Source of the DNA: the human T2T-CHM13v2.0 reference genome, Homo sapiens
Assembly (NCBI RefSeq): GCF_009914755.1
Contig: NC_060927.1
Direction: 5' to 3' (one strand)
Length of the DNA: 64,000 nt
Shown here: positions 1 through 19,552 of the stretch, in pieces
Layout of the letters: every line of letters starts with the position of its first letter
Numbering within the stretch: position 1 is the first letter of the stretch
Program-made: the position numbers and the translations under genes
Notes under the pieces: generated by a model
The model's input: only the letters and a program-made list of their open reading frames with translations
Databases searched by the model: none
Told to the model about the DNA's origin: nothing

Positions 1-35
1 GTCAGAATGATCTTGGTCCCCTTGCTCTCAGATCT

Positions 36-330
36 CTTTTTTTTTTTTGAAACAAGATCTTGCTCTGTTGCCCAGGTTGGAGTGCAGTGGTGCAATGATA
101 ACTCACTGCAACCTTGAACTCCTTGGCTTAAGTGAACCTCCCATCTTGGCCTTCTAGTAGCTGGAAATATAGGCATGTGCCACCATATCGGGCTAATTTT
201 TTAAATTTTAGTAGAGACAAGGTATCATTGTGTTGCCTGGGCTGGTCTTGAACTCCTGGGCTCAAGCAATCTTCCTCTCTTGGCCTTCCAAAGTTCTGGG
301 ATTACAGGCGGGAGCCACTGGCGCCTGGCC
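36..330 (-). mobile_element. AluJ
   Basis: Poly-T followed by a diverged antisense Alu dimer. Confidence 0.9.
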
Positions 331-519
331 TCTAATCTCATTTTTAAAGATATATTTAAATTAGAACCCCCTAACAGTCTTTAATATTAATGCTATGATG
401 ATTTTTTTCATCCCAGGGTGTAAATATGATGAGGAATTTTTTTTTTTTCTCAAACTGGCTTCATGACTATTTCAAAGGTGAATTACATTTTGGTTTGCAT
501 GAGTTTTTAATTAATTAAT

Positions 520-838
<319 letters not shown>

Positions 839-1039
839 TAATTTATTTAGGCGTCTTGGCAAATATATTGGCTTTGTATAACATGAAGAGTTAGGGAAAG
901 CGTGGTCCACAGAGAATATCTACGTGTGGTTGTGGATGATAAATAAACATATTGAATAAGATCTGATATACCTCAGTGGATTTTTTATTCATACATATTT
1001 TACTCTAGCGGCAAAATTTTAAAACTAAGCTCATTTAAA

Positions 1040-1300
1040 ATTAATTATTGAATGTCTGTTATGTGACAGGCATTTTTGTCAGGCATAATGATACAATGGT
1101 GAATGAGATGGACATAATCCCTGCCCTCAAGGAGCTGCATTCTAGAAGGGAAGACAGATGACAAATGTTTGATCAAATTACTAAAATTGGTAAGATCTTG
1201 GTAAAAATCATGTAGACAATAAAGGAGTGAGCCCCAGCAGTGGGGAGGAAGGGCCTATTTCAGCTAGAGTGGTCAGGAGTCTTCTGAGGAGGCAGCATTT
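1040..1300. mobile_element. L2 fragment
   Basis: ttattgaatg...tgtgacaggc...ccctgccctcaaggagct, typical of an L2 3' end. Confidence 0.55.
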
Positions 1301-1499
1301 GTACTTGTCTTTTCAAAACAATCAAGTTTTGGTTGTGGTTTTGTTCTTTTTTTAAACTTATGTCTGGTTTATAAAGAATATTACAATGTTTTTATTCTTA
1401 ACATTATTTTTCATTTCTCTGTTTTATTAATCTGCTTTTTGTTTTCTTCCTACTACTTTTCTGGGGTTTAATTTCTAGTTCTTTCTCTAATTTCTTCTT

Positions 1500-1820
1500 T
1501 TTCAAAAAAAGTTTTTTAAAATTGATGCATAATATACATATTTGGGGGGCACACGTGATAATTTAATACATTCATATTTTTCAAGATCAATTCAGTATAA
1601 TTGGGATATCCATAACCTTCAATATTTATCTTTTCTTTATGCTAGAAACATTTAAATTATTCCCTTCTAGCTATTTTGAAATAATACAGTAGAGTATTGT
1701 ATAGTCATCCTACTGATCTATCAAACACTAGGTCTTATTTCTTCTATTATACTGTATATTTATACCCATTAATCAATCTCTCTTCATCCTCTCTTCCCTA
1801 CCCTTCCAACTTCTGGTATC
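1500..1820 (-). mobile_element. Old L1 (L1M) 3'-end fragment
   Basis: Similarity to antisense L1MA 3'UTR (ctagctattttgaaat, tacccattaatcaa). Confidence 0.6.
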
Positions 1821-2061
1821 TCTAATTTCTTGAGAAGAAAATTTATATCATTGATTTTTTACCTTTCATTCTTTTTAAACGTGTTCATTTAAGGCTATGT
1901 ATTTCCTTCTAAGCATAACTTTAGCAATATCGTAAGTTTTTTTTTAAAAAGTCAGCATTAATGTGTAATTTAAATACAATAAAACTCACATATTTCACAT
2001 GTACATGACTGTTGGTTGTATACATCCAGGTAATAATCAAGGTAAAGAAAATATCCACTGT

Positions 2062-3405
<1,344 letters not shown>

Positions 3406-3472
3406 ATAAATACACACACCACATTTTAAATATATAATAAATAATGTATATTTAATACATACATGTTTCTAG

Positions 3473-3788
<316 letters not shown>

Positions 3789-3935
3789 AGATTGTGGCCA
3801 GATTGTGACTTGATTTTCCTTTTTCTGTGGGTGTCTTTTGAGGAGCAGAGGTTTTAAATTTTGATGAAGTACATTTTACCAGTTTTTTTCTTTGTGATTT
3901 GAGCTTTTTGTGTCCTGCTTTATTAAATCTTTATT

Positions 3936-4105
3936 ACAAAATTAGCCAGATGTGATGGTGTGTGTCTGTGGTCCAGCTACTCAGGGGCCTGAGGTGGGAG
4001 GATTGGTTGCTTGAATCCTGGAGGTGGTGGCTGCAGTGAGCATTGATTGTGCCACCGTACCCCCGACTGGGTGACAGAGCAAGACTCTGTCTGAAAAAAT
4101 AAAGA
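3936..4105 (+). mobile_element. Alu right arm (AluJ/FRAM)
   Basis: Right monomer only. Confidence 0.8.
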
Positions 4106-4487
4106 AAGAAGGACAGAGAAACTATACTTAAGAAGTGTATCCAAGGAACTACAGTGGAGAGCCACATCCATATGTCAATTTGAGTTAGACAATAAGATCT
4201 TGGACTTTGAGCTGACGCTGTAATGACTTGGGGGGGTTCTTCAGAGAGGGAAGTATATTTTGCATATGACAAGAATGTGAGTTACTGTGGCCAGAGAGTG
4301 GAATATGGCAGACTTTTTTCCATAGATAAATAAAACAATATCTTCTATCCCACATGGTTTTCTAGAGTTGACCTTGATACTCCTCCAATTGAGAGGTGGA
4401 TTCTAATTTCTTTCCCTTGAATGTGGGTGGGAAATTGCTGAAGCTGCTGTGGGATAATATTCTAAGATTTTTCTAAGCTCTGTTTAA

Positions 4488-4872
<385 letters not shown>

Positions 4873-5602
4873 CTAGGCACTATCTTAAATATTTTTGAGA
4901 CTGTAACAAAAGGTCTCATAGGCCTGCTCTGGATTCAATCTCTGTTTTTCATATTATTGCAGGTGACAGAGTTGCTAAAGTTTCTGACACAGTGCAATGT
5001 GTCTCTCTTTTTTTTTTTTTTCCAGTTTCCTATAACATTTTCCTTTATACTTTACCAACAATGTCCTTGATGACCTGTAGGCTTTTACTACCGGTCTCCT
5101 CATGGCCTTTCCAGTTTTCCATTCACCACATTATCTCAAATACAGTGTCATGGTTTAATTTTTTTGTGTGTGGCAGGACCGATATACCAAATTTCTATTT
5201 CAATTACTACTGGTGTGTCATAAATCACCCTGAAACTTAGTGGCTTTAAACAATATTATTTCTCTTGGCTTCTGAAGGTAAGCAATTTAGGAAGGTCCTG
5301 GCTGGCAGTCTAACAGCTTAGTCTATCTACATTGCTCTTGACTGAATTTTCTGGGCTATGGATCATATTTTCCTGTTTCTTTGCATATCTAGTGAATTTT
5401 GATTAAACAATGCATATCTCTGTGCATTATGTATTGTAGAGACTGCATTCTGCTGTTGTCCTCTGTATTTTTGTAAACTAAGAGTGAGATCTTAAGGTGT
5501 GTTCAGGCTCCGGTGCAGAGTTTTTGGCACACAGACATCGTAGCTTGTAGTGTGTGCATCCAGTTGCATCACATCAGGAGAAATATGGTGAGACTTTGAG
5601 TC

Positions 5603-6010
<408 letters not shown>

Positions 6011-9000
6011 GTTCAGTTCATCTTTTTTATACAATAGGAGAGAGAAGAGATGGAACCCCTGGGGAAAGAGTCCTGGAAGTGTTTGTACCTTGTACCTTCA
6101 TTGAATGTAACGTAGGAATTTTTCTTTCAAAGCTACTCATTTGCCTAGTCAAATTTATAGTGGTGGTGTTCATAATTCATTCCCAAGAAACTTATGTAAG
6201 TGTTCTTTGGTGTTTATATAACTCTTGTGGTTACTGCTCACAGCTGGCTCACGTGAAGGAGAAAGTTCAGGGGTATTTGCAACTAGGCCTGATTCTGTAA
6301 TCCTGAACTGTGGTAGTAATAGTCATTGACTTTTAAACTATGCAGATACTAATTTAATTTACATTTGTTGTCTGTCAAAGCACATGTCTCTTTACCTCCT
6401 TATTGAACTTTTTTTCTTTTCTCTCAGTAACTGTTGGTGGGTTATAGTCTAGAATCTGGGGAAGGGCTATTTTTTGGAAGTTACATTATTTTGCTTAGGT
6501 TGTGAATTCACTTGATTCAGTGTTCAGAAGGTAAAAAAAAAACAACACAGTGAAAAGTTACATTTTGACTGAAGGAAATTTAATTATAGAATTTTTGAAA
6601 TAACAGATTTTTTATTAAGAATAGTTTATTAAAGGTATAGCATCTATTATAATGTTATGTAAAAACCATAATCATCATGAAACAGCAAAAATGAAGCACT
6701 TGAAAGACATGTATTTACATGACAATGAACTTTAAATATTAGCACATCTGTAAACTAAATTCCTTTAATAAGCTAAAAGTAGTTGTTGAACCCAGAAGCT
6801 GAGGATTCATTCAAAGAATGCTGGGTGGTAAGGAACTGGTTTAGACATGTATCATCTGTATAAGGCATGAGAATTAAATATACTGTGCCTGATGATTTTA
6901 AAATTGTTACTGCACTTGGCCACATTCAGCCTCATGTCAGACAGGAGTTCACAGTGGGCCACAAGCCTTATAACTTGGGATGAATGTTTGATAATAAATC
7001 TGTTGGTGATATTGAAAGGTCAGCAGGTTCCATTCTTTCTCCTCCCGGGAACAGCCCATTCCACAAGGCAGAAGCCAGAACAAGGAAATACAGCAGTTGG
7101 CAAAAAGTTCCCCCCTGCCCAGCAGATCAATTTCAAACCCTCTGGACTTGCCCTCTGTTCTCTGACTCTGTCCTATCTGCCTACTCTCTAATCTTGCCTC
7201 CAACTGTTCCTCCAAGTGATTGCTCAATAAATTTGCTTGTGAAATAGAAACAAAACAAAAAAGACCAGGAGAGCATCAGAGGTCATTATCAGAATCAGGC
7301 CAGAGGACCCAGCAAAACACTAAGTTGAAGTGTGCCAACCCAGCCTCAAGTGTAGTCGGTATGTTGTAGGCCAAGTTGCAGTATTGGTGGAAGTAGTCAT
7401 TTAGCAGTAGATATCCTCTCTTGGGGAGTCTGCTGCCCAGCCAACTGTTTGGGATGAGGAATTTGATGGCCTCCCCTTTTAGGAGGGAAGAATTCAGGGC
7501 TGTGAAGTAGGAAGAAGTTGACAGCAGTATTATGTGAAAATGCTGTGGAAGTGTTAGGTCTTTGGAGGGGTAGAGGGCCAGAAAGAATGATAGTTCTTTT
7601 AAAGGAAAACAGGGAATTGCTGAACTTGCTCAAATCTGATGTTTCAGGTGGAAATTGGAGAGCACTGTTTGAAGAGGTTAGTGAATTTGAGAGGGTAGCT
7701 AGTCACACTTGGAGCTCTACTTTGAAACTTCTCTTTTAGTTCTCATGTCTGGCTGGGCACATAAGCAATGGCCCTTTGTTTCCTCAGCAGGTAGAACATG
7801 TCCATGAACCAAGGCTCACACACGCAGTACATTCCTAGTGCTGCTTGCCACCCTAGCCTCTGCTTTCTTTGGGAGGCTTTTTGTAATAGGCCTATTACAG
7901 ACCGGTGGTAATGGAGAAAGGAGTGTGACATTTTAACCTCTTGTTTATGTTAATGGTATTGCAGTGTCCCATCATGAGCATTTCTTGTCTGATGCCTTTC
8001 TTGACCATTTCTCCTTTGCTTTTTGAAAAGCAAAAGCTGTCTACCCGAAACCGTCTCTCAGTTGAGGGCCAAGGAAGTTGCTGCCAGTGCTGCTGCAGGG
8101 GAGTGAATCATCCTGGGCATCCACATGCGAGACCCACCCATCTGTCCACTTTTACAGTAATCACATTAGTCTCCCATGTCCACCCAAACACCAGGGCAGT
8201 GGAAAGTAGAATGCCAGGAAGGAGAGGGTTGGGAGTAGTCTTACCCAGGACAGGGGTTGACTTCTGTACCAGCATCCAGAGAAGGATCTTGGATCCTCAC
8301 CTAAGTCTCCCTTGGATGAGGAGCTCCAGGAAGGGGACAGGAAAGTGGTTGTTGGGTTGGAAGGTCCTTCTTGTTGCTGCTTTACTTCCTTCATTTTAGC
8401 TGGTGCCTACCCATTCTGTTATTTCAAACCCAGGTCTCGCTCTTCCCAAGGAAGCGCCCCAATGCCCAGCCAGTAAGGCTGGATTTGGTGTTTTTTCCTC
8501 AAGTGTTACTGCTCTTGGGCACTTTCCATATAGCATATGTGTTTCCCCATGTGGTCTATTCCACTGTGCCTTGGCACAGGGCCTGGAACCTAGCAGATGT
8601 TCATATGTGTGTTGGGCTAAATTGAAAGCAGGGAGCAGGAGAGGCAACAGTGGCTGGTTTGTAGTAGTCTCACGTGGAGAGGTTTAACATGAAAGTGTAG
8701 TCTACAATTTCATCGAGGCAGTATGTGTGTGTAAGAAACATTCATTTTGTGACAACAAGATGCAGTTTGCACATGTCATTTCTGCTTCCCCCTTTGCTTT
8801 CTTATTTCTGATCTTTGATTGGGAAATATAATTGAGATTTGAATTCTCTACACAAATGTCATCACTCAGCATGTCTGACCAAGGCCCCCAAGCTTTGCAT
8901 GCTCCCAGACCATTCAATGTAGTTGGGAGTATGGAATTCCACGGAGTTAGGCAGATAAGGGTTTGAAGAATAGTATCTTCCACAAGATAACCATTGACAT

Positions 9001-9210
9001 CCCTATTTTGCAGATGTGGGAACTGTGGCTCAGAGAAGTTGCATCCATAAACATAGAGCTACAGGATTTAAAGCCAGTACTGCCTAAATGCAAAGCTCAT
9101 ACTTTTAACTGCCTGCTCCTGTTTTTCTGCTTATTTCTTATATACCCATGGGCAAATATTTATAACTTCTCAGGGCTTCAATGTCTCATATTTAGAATTA
9201 GGGGAGCAAA

Positions 9211-9522
<312 letters not shown>

Positions 9523-9749
9523 TTAGGGGAGCAAAAATTCTCATATTTAGAATTAGGGGAGCAAAAGTCTCGTAGAGTTATTATAAGGGAGAAAGGAGGT
9601 AATGTAAAAAACAATCCATACCTCATACCTGGAATAGTAGTAGTCATAGTAAAAGCAGCAGCTGTTTTTTGTTTGTTTGTTTGTTTTTTAAATATAGTGT
9701 TTACTATGTGGCAGACATTGTTTTAGTTCTTTCTTTCTGGTGTGTGTGG

Positions 9750-10073
9750 TTTTTTTTTTTTTTTTTTTAGACAGGGTCTTGCTCTGTTGCCCGGGCTGGA
9801 GTACAGTGAGTGGCGTGGTCATGGCTCACTGCAGCCTCCACCTCCCAAGCTTAAGCAATCCTCCTGCCTTAGCCTCTTGAGTAGCTGGGACTACAAGCAC
9901 AAGTGCATGACACCATGCTCATTTTAATTTAATTTAGTTTATTTTCTTTCTTTTTTTTGAGAGATGGGGTTTTGCTATGTTGCCCAGGCTGGTCTCAAAC
10001 TCCTGGGCTCAAGCAATTCCCTGACCATGGCCTCCCAGAGTGCTGGGATTACAGGCGTGAGCCACACTTGGCC
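9750..10073 (-). mobile_element. AluJ
   Basis: Diverged antisense Alu. Confidence 0.88.
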
Positions 10074-10653
10074 TGTTTTAGTTCTTAATTTAGGCTATCT
10101 TATAAAATCATCACCACAACCCTTAGAGGTTACTACAATTGTTCTCCTCCAGTCCGTTTTTAAACATGAACAGAAAGATATAATAACGGGCATAGCTGGA
10201 GTTCACACTCCATCAGTCTGGCTCCAGTGTCCTTACTGAACCCCTATGCCATGTTAACTTGTGGCAAACATTAGTTTTGAACTTCATGCTGTTCTAGAAT
10301 CTGGCATCAACATGAAAGGGACCATAAGGAAACTGGAGTAGTAATATGACAAGGAGGAGGCCATACCAAGCTATGGAAGGTGAGCAGTAACATGGATACT
10401 CACAATTCCCTGATTCAGCCAGTGAGTGGTAAGACAGCCCATATGTTATTTCTTAGTGGTGGCTGAGTGCATAGGATGATGACCCATGGTACATCATTCT
10501 TTTGGCCTAGGGAACATCAGCTTACAGGTTCATTCATCAAGACTTAATGACAGCCCCACCTCTCTTTACCAAAGGCTCTCAGGTTGAATGTTTCTTACCC
10601 CAAAGACACTTGACTACATACTCATAGAAAAAAAGTTGAATAAATAAATGGGA

Positions 10654-10953
<300 letters not shown>

Positions 10954-11093
10954 TAGGACAATTCTTCCCTACAGAAAAATTCCAAATAATAAATGTAGAA
11001 GGAAAGAGGAAAATAGAAAACCACCATTAACATACCACAGTAATAATTGGCTCTAGGTAAGACCCACCGATGAACATTAAAATTAGTGGGTGA

Positions 11094-11392
11094 GGCTTGG
11101 TGCAGTGGCTCATGCCTATACTCCAAGCACATTGGGAATGTGAGGCAGAAGGATCACTTGAGGCCAGGAGTTTGAAACCAGCCTGGCCAACATATCGAGA
11201 CCTTGTCTCTACAAAAAAGAAAAAAAAAATTAGCTGGGTGTGATGGCATGCACCTGTAGTCCCAGCTACCTGAGAGGCTGAGGCTGGGAGATCGTTTGAG
11301 TCCAGGAGTTTGAGGCTACAGTGAGGTATGATTGTGCCACTGTACTGCAGCCTGGGCATCAGAGCAAGACCCTATCTCTTACAAAAAAAAAA
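11094..11392 (+). mobile_element. AluJ
   Basis: Diverged Alu dimer. Confidence 0.88.
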
Positions 11393-11860
11393 TAGTGTTA
11401 AAGGTCATGAGAGACCAGAATAGACTGAGAAGCTGCCATAGTTTAGAGGAGACTAAGGTGACATGACAGCTAAATGCAACATAGTATCCTGGATGGGGTC
11501 CTGTAACAGAAAAAAGGATATTAATGGAAAACTGGTGAAATCCCAATAAAGTCTATAGTTAAAAGCAAACAATAAGCCACCAGCCCTCCAACCCCGCCGA
11601 CCCCACCAAAAAAAAACAACCAAAAAAACCCCACAAAGTTCCTGGGTCCTTCCTGCCTGAGATCCAAATGGCATTGTCTAGAGCACCTCAGTTCTGGCAT
11701 TTATATTCTAGTTCTGAATTCTTGTTACCTTTGGGAAAGACCTTTTGGTTGTGTAGTGCCTGTGTCTGGGAGGCTCTGATGAATTTGGGGACAGGCTTGT
11801 GGTCTATGTGACTCTCAAAGCCTGCCTACCCAGTGAACAGAATGCTACTCAGCAGGCTGA

Positions 11861-12274
<414 letters not shown>

Positions 12275-12819
12275 TAAGGCATTACCTTTAGACATTCTGC
12301 TTATCTTTCAAGGCCTGACTCACATTTTACCTCCCATATAGTTCCTTCATGATCATTACATGTATTAGTATCTTTCAAATTCCTGTGATGTCTTCAACCT
12401 TAAAGTTCTTTATATCTGTTGATCTGCCCTTCCTGTGATATATAGCACACCTTGCCATGTTGAGTCTGTGTTTGTACATGCCCTGTCTCCCTAAGCAGAA
12501 CACAAACTTCTTGAAGGGAAGGAGTCTTACAAAACCTTCTAAACTTCATGAGGGGAAGGAATCTTACAAATATCCCTTGAAGCGTCTAGGATATTGCTTG
12601 CCATAAGCCCTCATGAAATGATTGGCAAGTTTGAGTGAGTGAATGCTTTAAGACAGATGAGAGGTGAATGGACTTGCTTAGAGTCATACCACTGGGTATG
12701 AGCTATATTTGGAGCCTAGCTGCTCAGTTTGTCCCTTTCTGAGCATTCTGAGGCCATGAAACTTACTAACTCTGATCATAGCACTAAACTACAGTAATAG
12801 TGATGGCTATCATTTGTTG

Positions 12820-13010
12820 TGGGCTTACTCTGGGCCAGGCTTGGTTCTAGGCATGCACGCTATGCAGTCCTCACAATAGCTCTGAGGTATGGGCCTCACT
12901 ATCCTCATTTTGTAGATACATCCACTGATGTTCAGAGAGATATAAAGAATTTGCCTTAGATTACCAGCTAATAAGTTGCTGAGTTGAGATTTGAACCCAG
13001 GTGTGTCTGT
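12820..13010. mobile_element. MIR
   Basis: atcctcattttgtagat...gatttgaacccagg MIR core. Confidence 0.65.
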
Positions 13011-13069
13011 CATCCAGACTCATTCCCCCTCACCCCTATAAAGCAATGTCTTTCCCCTTGTTTTTTCAG

Positions 13070-13271
13070 ACCCATCCCTGGAAGGCATGTGTGGCACTGA
13101 GCATGCCCAGTTGGGAGAAGATGGGCAGCAGCCGCCGCGGTGCACTTCAACTACCTCATCTCAGTCTGAGCCTTCAGAGCAGCTTAGGCGCCACCAAGGC
13201 AAGAACCTAGCCTCCGAGGACCCCAAAAAGAAGAGAGCTCAGAAGCCCTCCCACATGAGAAGAAACATACG
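13070..13271 (+). CDS. RAD54L2: RAD54L2 coding exon (first in window; (D)PSLEGMCG...PKKKRAQKPSHMRRNIR)
   Basis: ttttttcAG acceptor and CG|GTGAG donor; peptide matches my recollection of the ARIP4 N-terminus; starts in phase 1, so an upstream coding exon lies outside the window. Confidence 0.95.
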
Positions 13272-13904
13272 GTGAGCTGTGCTCTGTGTAAGAGGAGAGG
13301 GAAAGGAATAGAGATTTTACCTTCATCTTAAGGCTGTCAATAGCAAAAAGACTGATTTGGGAAGGACAGTTCTCTCTCCAAAGGAGAAAAGTGTCAGGTG
13401 TGTGTCTTCATTAATAGTGAAGGTGCAGCTCAGGATCACTGGACTTGGGCATTCAGAGGACTGTAGGGAGAATGAGAAAGGCCTTGACCACTGCTGGAGG
13501 GTCTTCTACTCTCTGGAGGCCCCAGGTGGCAGCCCGAAGATGATAGGGTGCTCTGAGCTGGACTTTCCGGTTTTTCCTCTATTTTTCCTTTTGTCTCAAA
13601 ACAAGAGGAGACTTTATAAAGTTGAGTTCTCATCTTCTTAGACGTCAACTTCAAATGGTAGAGGACTGTCTGACCCAAAGCAAGACTCCTTCTAAGAGCA
13701 AAAATGTGAACTTCTTTAACTATCCAAATCCCCAACAGTTCTTCCTTCCATCAAATAACAATGCGTGCCATTGAAAAGAAATGAATGATATCTTTTTCTC
13801 CTCCTGCCTCCACTTAAAAAAAAAAATAACGACAACTTGAAATATTACTCTGAGTTTGAAAATAATATAGAATCCCTGTAACCCTAGTTTCTTTTCTTTT
13901 CTTA

Positions 13905-14595
<691 letters not shown>

Positions 14596-14850
14596 TGATC
14601 TGTTATGTGGAGAGATGAGTTGGCAGGTCGGGGAGTTAAATAATATAGAAAGTATTAGCCTAGAGCCATCTGAGTTTGATATCCTGTTTTTTGAATGCTG
14701 CTCCTTGCATGGGTATGGTGGGGCTGATGTGGCTTCTCCTTCTCCCGCCTCGACTCTGAGATCATCAATGGCTATTTCTCTCTTTAGCTTGCCATTACAT
14801 TGCCCAAATCTTAATTGAACCCAAGTGCTGTCTCTTATGTGAATGTTTAG

Positions 14851-14990
14851 AAAGCTACTCCGGGAGGATCAATTGGAGCCTGTTACCAAAGCAGCACAGC
14901 AAGAAGAGTTGGAAAGAAGGAAGCGCCTGGAGCAGCAGAGGAAAGATTATGCAGCCCCTATTCCTACTGTTCCGCTGGAGTTCCTCCCTG
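14851..14990 (+). CDS. RAD54L2: RAD54L2 coding exon (KLLREDQ...LEFLP)
   Basis: tttAG / G|GTAAG; phase-compatible with both neighbours. Confidence 0.95.
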
Positions 14991-15093
14991 GTAAGCAGTG
15001 GACATGGCAGGGAAGGCCCTTTGCTTCAGGAGGAAGAAGCCCTAGGTGCACACAGTGGTCAAAAGCAGATCTGGAATAAGACTGTGGCCTCTC

Positions 15094-15406
15094 GGCTGGG
15101 CGCGGTGGCTCACGCCTGTAATCCCAGCATTATGGGAGGCTGAGGCAGATGGATTGCCTGAGTTCAGGAGTTCGAGACCAGTCTGGCCAACATGGTGAAA
15201 CCCCGTCTCTACTAAAAATACAAAAAAAAATTAGCCGGGCGTGGTGGCGTGAGCCTGTAATCCCAGCTACTAGGAGGCTGAGGCAGGGGGAATAGCTTGA
15301 ACCAGGGAGGTGGAGGTTGCAGGGAGCTGAGACTGCGCCACTGTACTCCAGCCTAGGTGACAGAGTGAGACTCTATCTCAAAAAAATAAAAATAAAAATA
15401 AAAATA
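15094..15406 (+). mobile_element. AluS
   Basis: TSD tgtggcctctc. Confidence 0.9.
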
Positions 15407-15788
15407 ATTGTGGCCTCTCAGGAATCCTTTAAAGTCATTCAGCTTCTTGAGAGCACACAATCAGAAGAAGATCATTTAAAAAGCTAAAATGAATAAAAAT
15501 GTACTCTTTAAATAGGTTTTATCTAGATTTTTCCTCATAACTTTGGATTTTAACTTACCAAAGGATTGGGACCTTTTCTGGTGGTCAGGTGGATAGCAGG
15601 AAGGAAAAACCAGTAGAGAAAGGGAATTTGGAAGGAGGGCTGAGGTTTTTGAGATGGGCTCTGCTTCTCTTCTCAGTGGATACTCCCCATGAGAGCTATA
15701 AAAGAAAAGGGGTGGTGAATTGTTTTGGGAAATATGTTAGAGCCAAATGTGGTCTTGACACCGTTCCCTTCCATTTTGCTTTTCCTAG

Positions 15789-15905
15789 AGGAAATTGCTT
15801 TAAGGGCAAGTGACGGTCCCCAACTGCCTCCTCGGGTCTTGGCCCAGGAAGTCATTTGTTTGGACAGTAGCAGTGGCAGTGAGGATGAAAAAAGCAGTCG
15901 AGATG
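15789..15905 (+). CDS. RAD54L2: RAD54L2 coding exon (EIALRASD...VICLDSSSGSEDEKSSRD)
   Basis: ttcctAG / G|GTAAG; SIM-like VICLD followed by an acidic/Ser tract. Confidence 0.95.
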
Positions 15906-16221
15906 GTAAGATCAAACCAGGTGCCTCCCTTTCTTCCGACCTGGTGTTCATGCTGAGATCGGCTATACTTTGAAAAGAGTCCAGTCCTTCCTCCTTCAAT
16001 TTGGGATGTGGCTTTGACTAATTTCCCTGTGTCTCCTTGGTAAATATAAGTTTTTTGCTTGTCTTAACTTGAAGCTGAAAGAGAGAAATAGTAAAAGTCA
16101 AAATTTTAATAAGTGTTGACAAGTTCTAACTTTAAGTTTCTGTAGTCTTCTGCTCTGACTGTGTGCAGTAAATTATCTTCACTCCCTGGATTTTTGGTTT
16201 TGCTTTTTTTTGCTGTCTCAG

Positions 16222-16448
16222 AGGTGATTGAACTGAGCTCTGGAGAGGAGGACACTCTGCACATTGTGGACAGCAGTGAATCTGTCAGTGAAGATGATGA
16301 GGAAGAAGAGAAGGGTGGCACCCATGTCAATGATGTCTTAAACCAGCGTGACGCCCTTGGGCGGGTCCTTGTCAACCTAAACCACCCTCCAGAGGAGGAA
16401 AATGTCTTCCTTGCCCCACAGTTGGCACGGGCTGTGAAACCTCATCAG
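16222..16448 (+). CDS. RAD54L2: RAD54L2 coding exon (VIELSSGEED...AVKPHQ)
   Basis: ctcAG / CAG|GTACAG; ends in the SNF2 Q-motif (KPHQ). Confidence 0.95.
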
Positions 16449-16915
16449 GTACAGCAAACCTTGACTGTTTTCTCCTTTTCCTTTTTGTTTCCTTGTTGTG
16501 AACATTGCCTGCTGGTGGTTATTAGCGTCACAGCCTGTGAAGTACTTGTTTGGTACCAAGAGCAGCTTGTTCAGCTGTTGGAAAGACCTGATACTTCCTT
16601 CTAGCAGTTGATGTTTCAGGATTCCTGATGAATAGGAAGGGACAGGGAAAGGGAAGAGACAAGCTTCAGGTTTGCCCTACTCCGTAGAAAGCACTGGATC
16701 TCTTGACCTAATAATTTGAGCCTCTTTCTGTGGGATCCCATGACTGAGGTGCTCTCTGGTGAGCAGTGCTTTGATTAGGAAGGTCTGGATCTAGAAGAGA
16801 TGTGAGAGTCAGAAGATGGGGGGACTTTCTGGTATGAGGGAGTAGAGTAGTTTGTGTTGATCCAGAGCCTGGAACCAGGACTAGTGAGTAGAAGTACCAT
16901 GAAGACAGACATTGA

Positions 16916-17450
<535 letters not shown>

Positions 17451-17451
17451 T

Positions 17452-18111
<660 letters not shown>

Positions 18112-18128
18112 TGTTAAAGAGTTCTTAA

Positions 18129-18780
<652 letters not shown>

Positions 18781-19093
18781 TTAAGAGGGTGAGCTTTCCA
18801 ATGCTGAGGGAAGCCAAGCTGACTGAAAGATCCTGTCAGGAATTTGACACTACCGATTCATGCATTACATGGGGTGTTACACTGTACTAGTGAATCCTTT
18901 TCTGTTTTTTCCAAGAGGACTGTCACCAGCAAATAGATCAGTCAAGGTACAGGGAATCTTCTATGGCCATCCACACCTGCTATCTATTATAACGCCTTCT
19001 CACTTACTTAATTCTTACTAATTACAAAGTGAGTAAAAACTGGAGCCCTCATCTTTGTGAGCCCCTCTGACATTTGTCTTTGTCCCTTGTCAG

Positions 19094-19276
19094 ATTGGCG
19101 GGATCCGGTTCCTTTACGATAACCTAGTGGAGTCTCTGGAGAGGTTTAAGACCAGCAGTGGCTTTGGCTGTATTCTGGCCCACAGCATGGGTCTGGGGAA
19201 AACTTTGCAAGTGATCTCTTTCATCGACGTCCTCTTCCGCCACACGCCAGCCAAAACAGTCCTTGCCATTGTGCCG
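19094..19276 (+). CDS. RAD54L2: RAD54L2 exon with helicase motif I (GCILAHSMGLGKT)
   Basis: Walker A of the ATRX/ARIP4 type; gtcAG / CCG|GTAAG. Confidence 0.97.
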
Positions 19277-19418
19277 GTAAGAGTTTTTGGGAAGGCACCA
19301 CTTAAGTCACTCCTGAAGAGCTCTGTGTTAATGCCTTTACTGGGCACCAAAAAGCTTGATGAGCTCAGCTCTGAGTTTGTTCCATAAAACTCTCTTTTTG
19401 GACTTGGCTTTCTAATAG

Positions 19419-19552
19419 GTTAATACTCTTCAGAATTGGCTGGCAGAGTTCAACATGTGGCTTCCACCTCCTGAAGCCCTCCCGGCTGACAACAAGCCTG
19501 AAGAAGTCCAGCCTCGGTTCTTTAAAGTTCACATCTTGAATGATGAGCACAA
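19419..19552 (+). CDS. RAD54L2: RAD54L2 exon (VNTLQNWLAEF..., motif Ia)
   Basis: aatAG / AA|GTAGG; not called as an ORF in the track but in frame. Confidence 0.95.

Noticed and set aside
7793-7802. p53 half-site GAACATGTCC
   Set aside because: No adjacent second half-site
19163-19204. Non-canonical helicase motif I (AHSMGLGKT), and TGYP in motif III, as signs of inactivation
   Set aside because: The AHxMGLGKT form is typical of the ATRX/ARIP4 branch; the catalytic GKT, DEGH and motif VI arginines are intact
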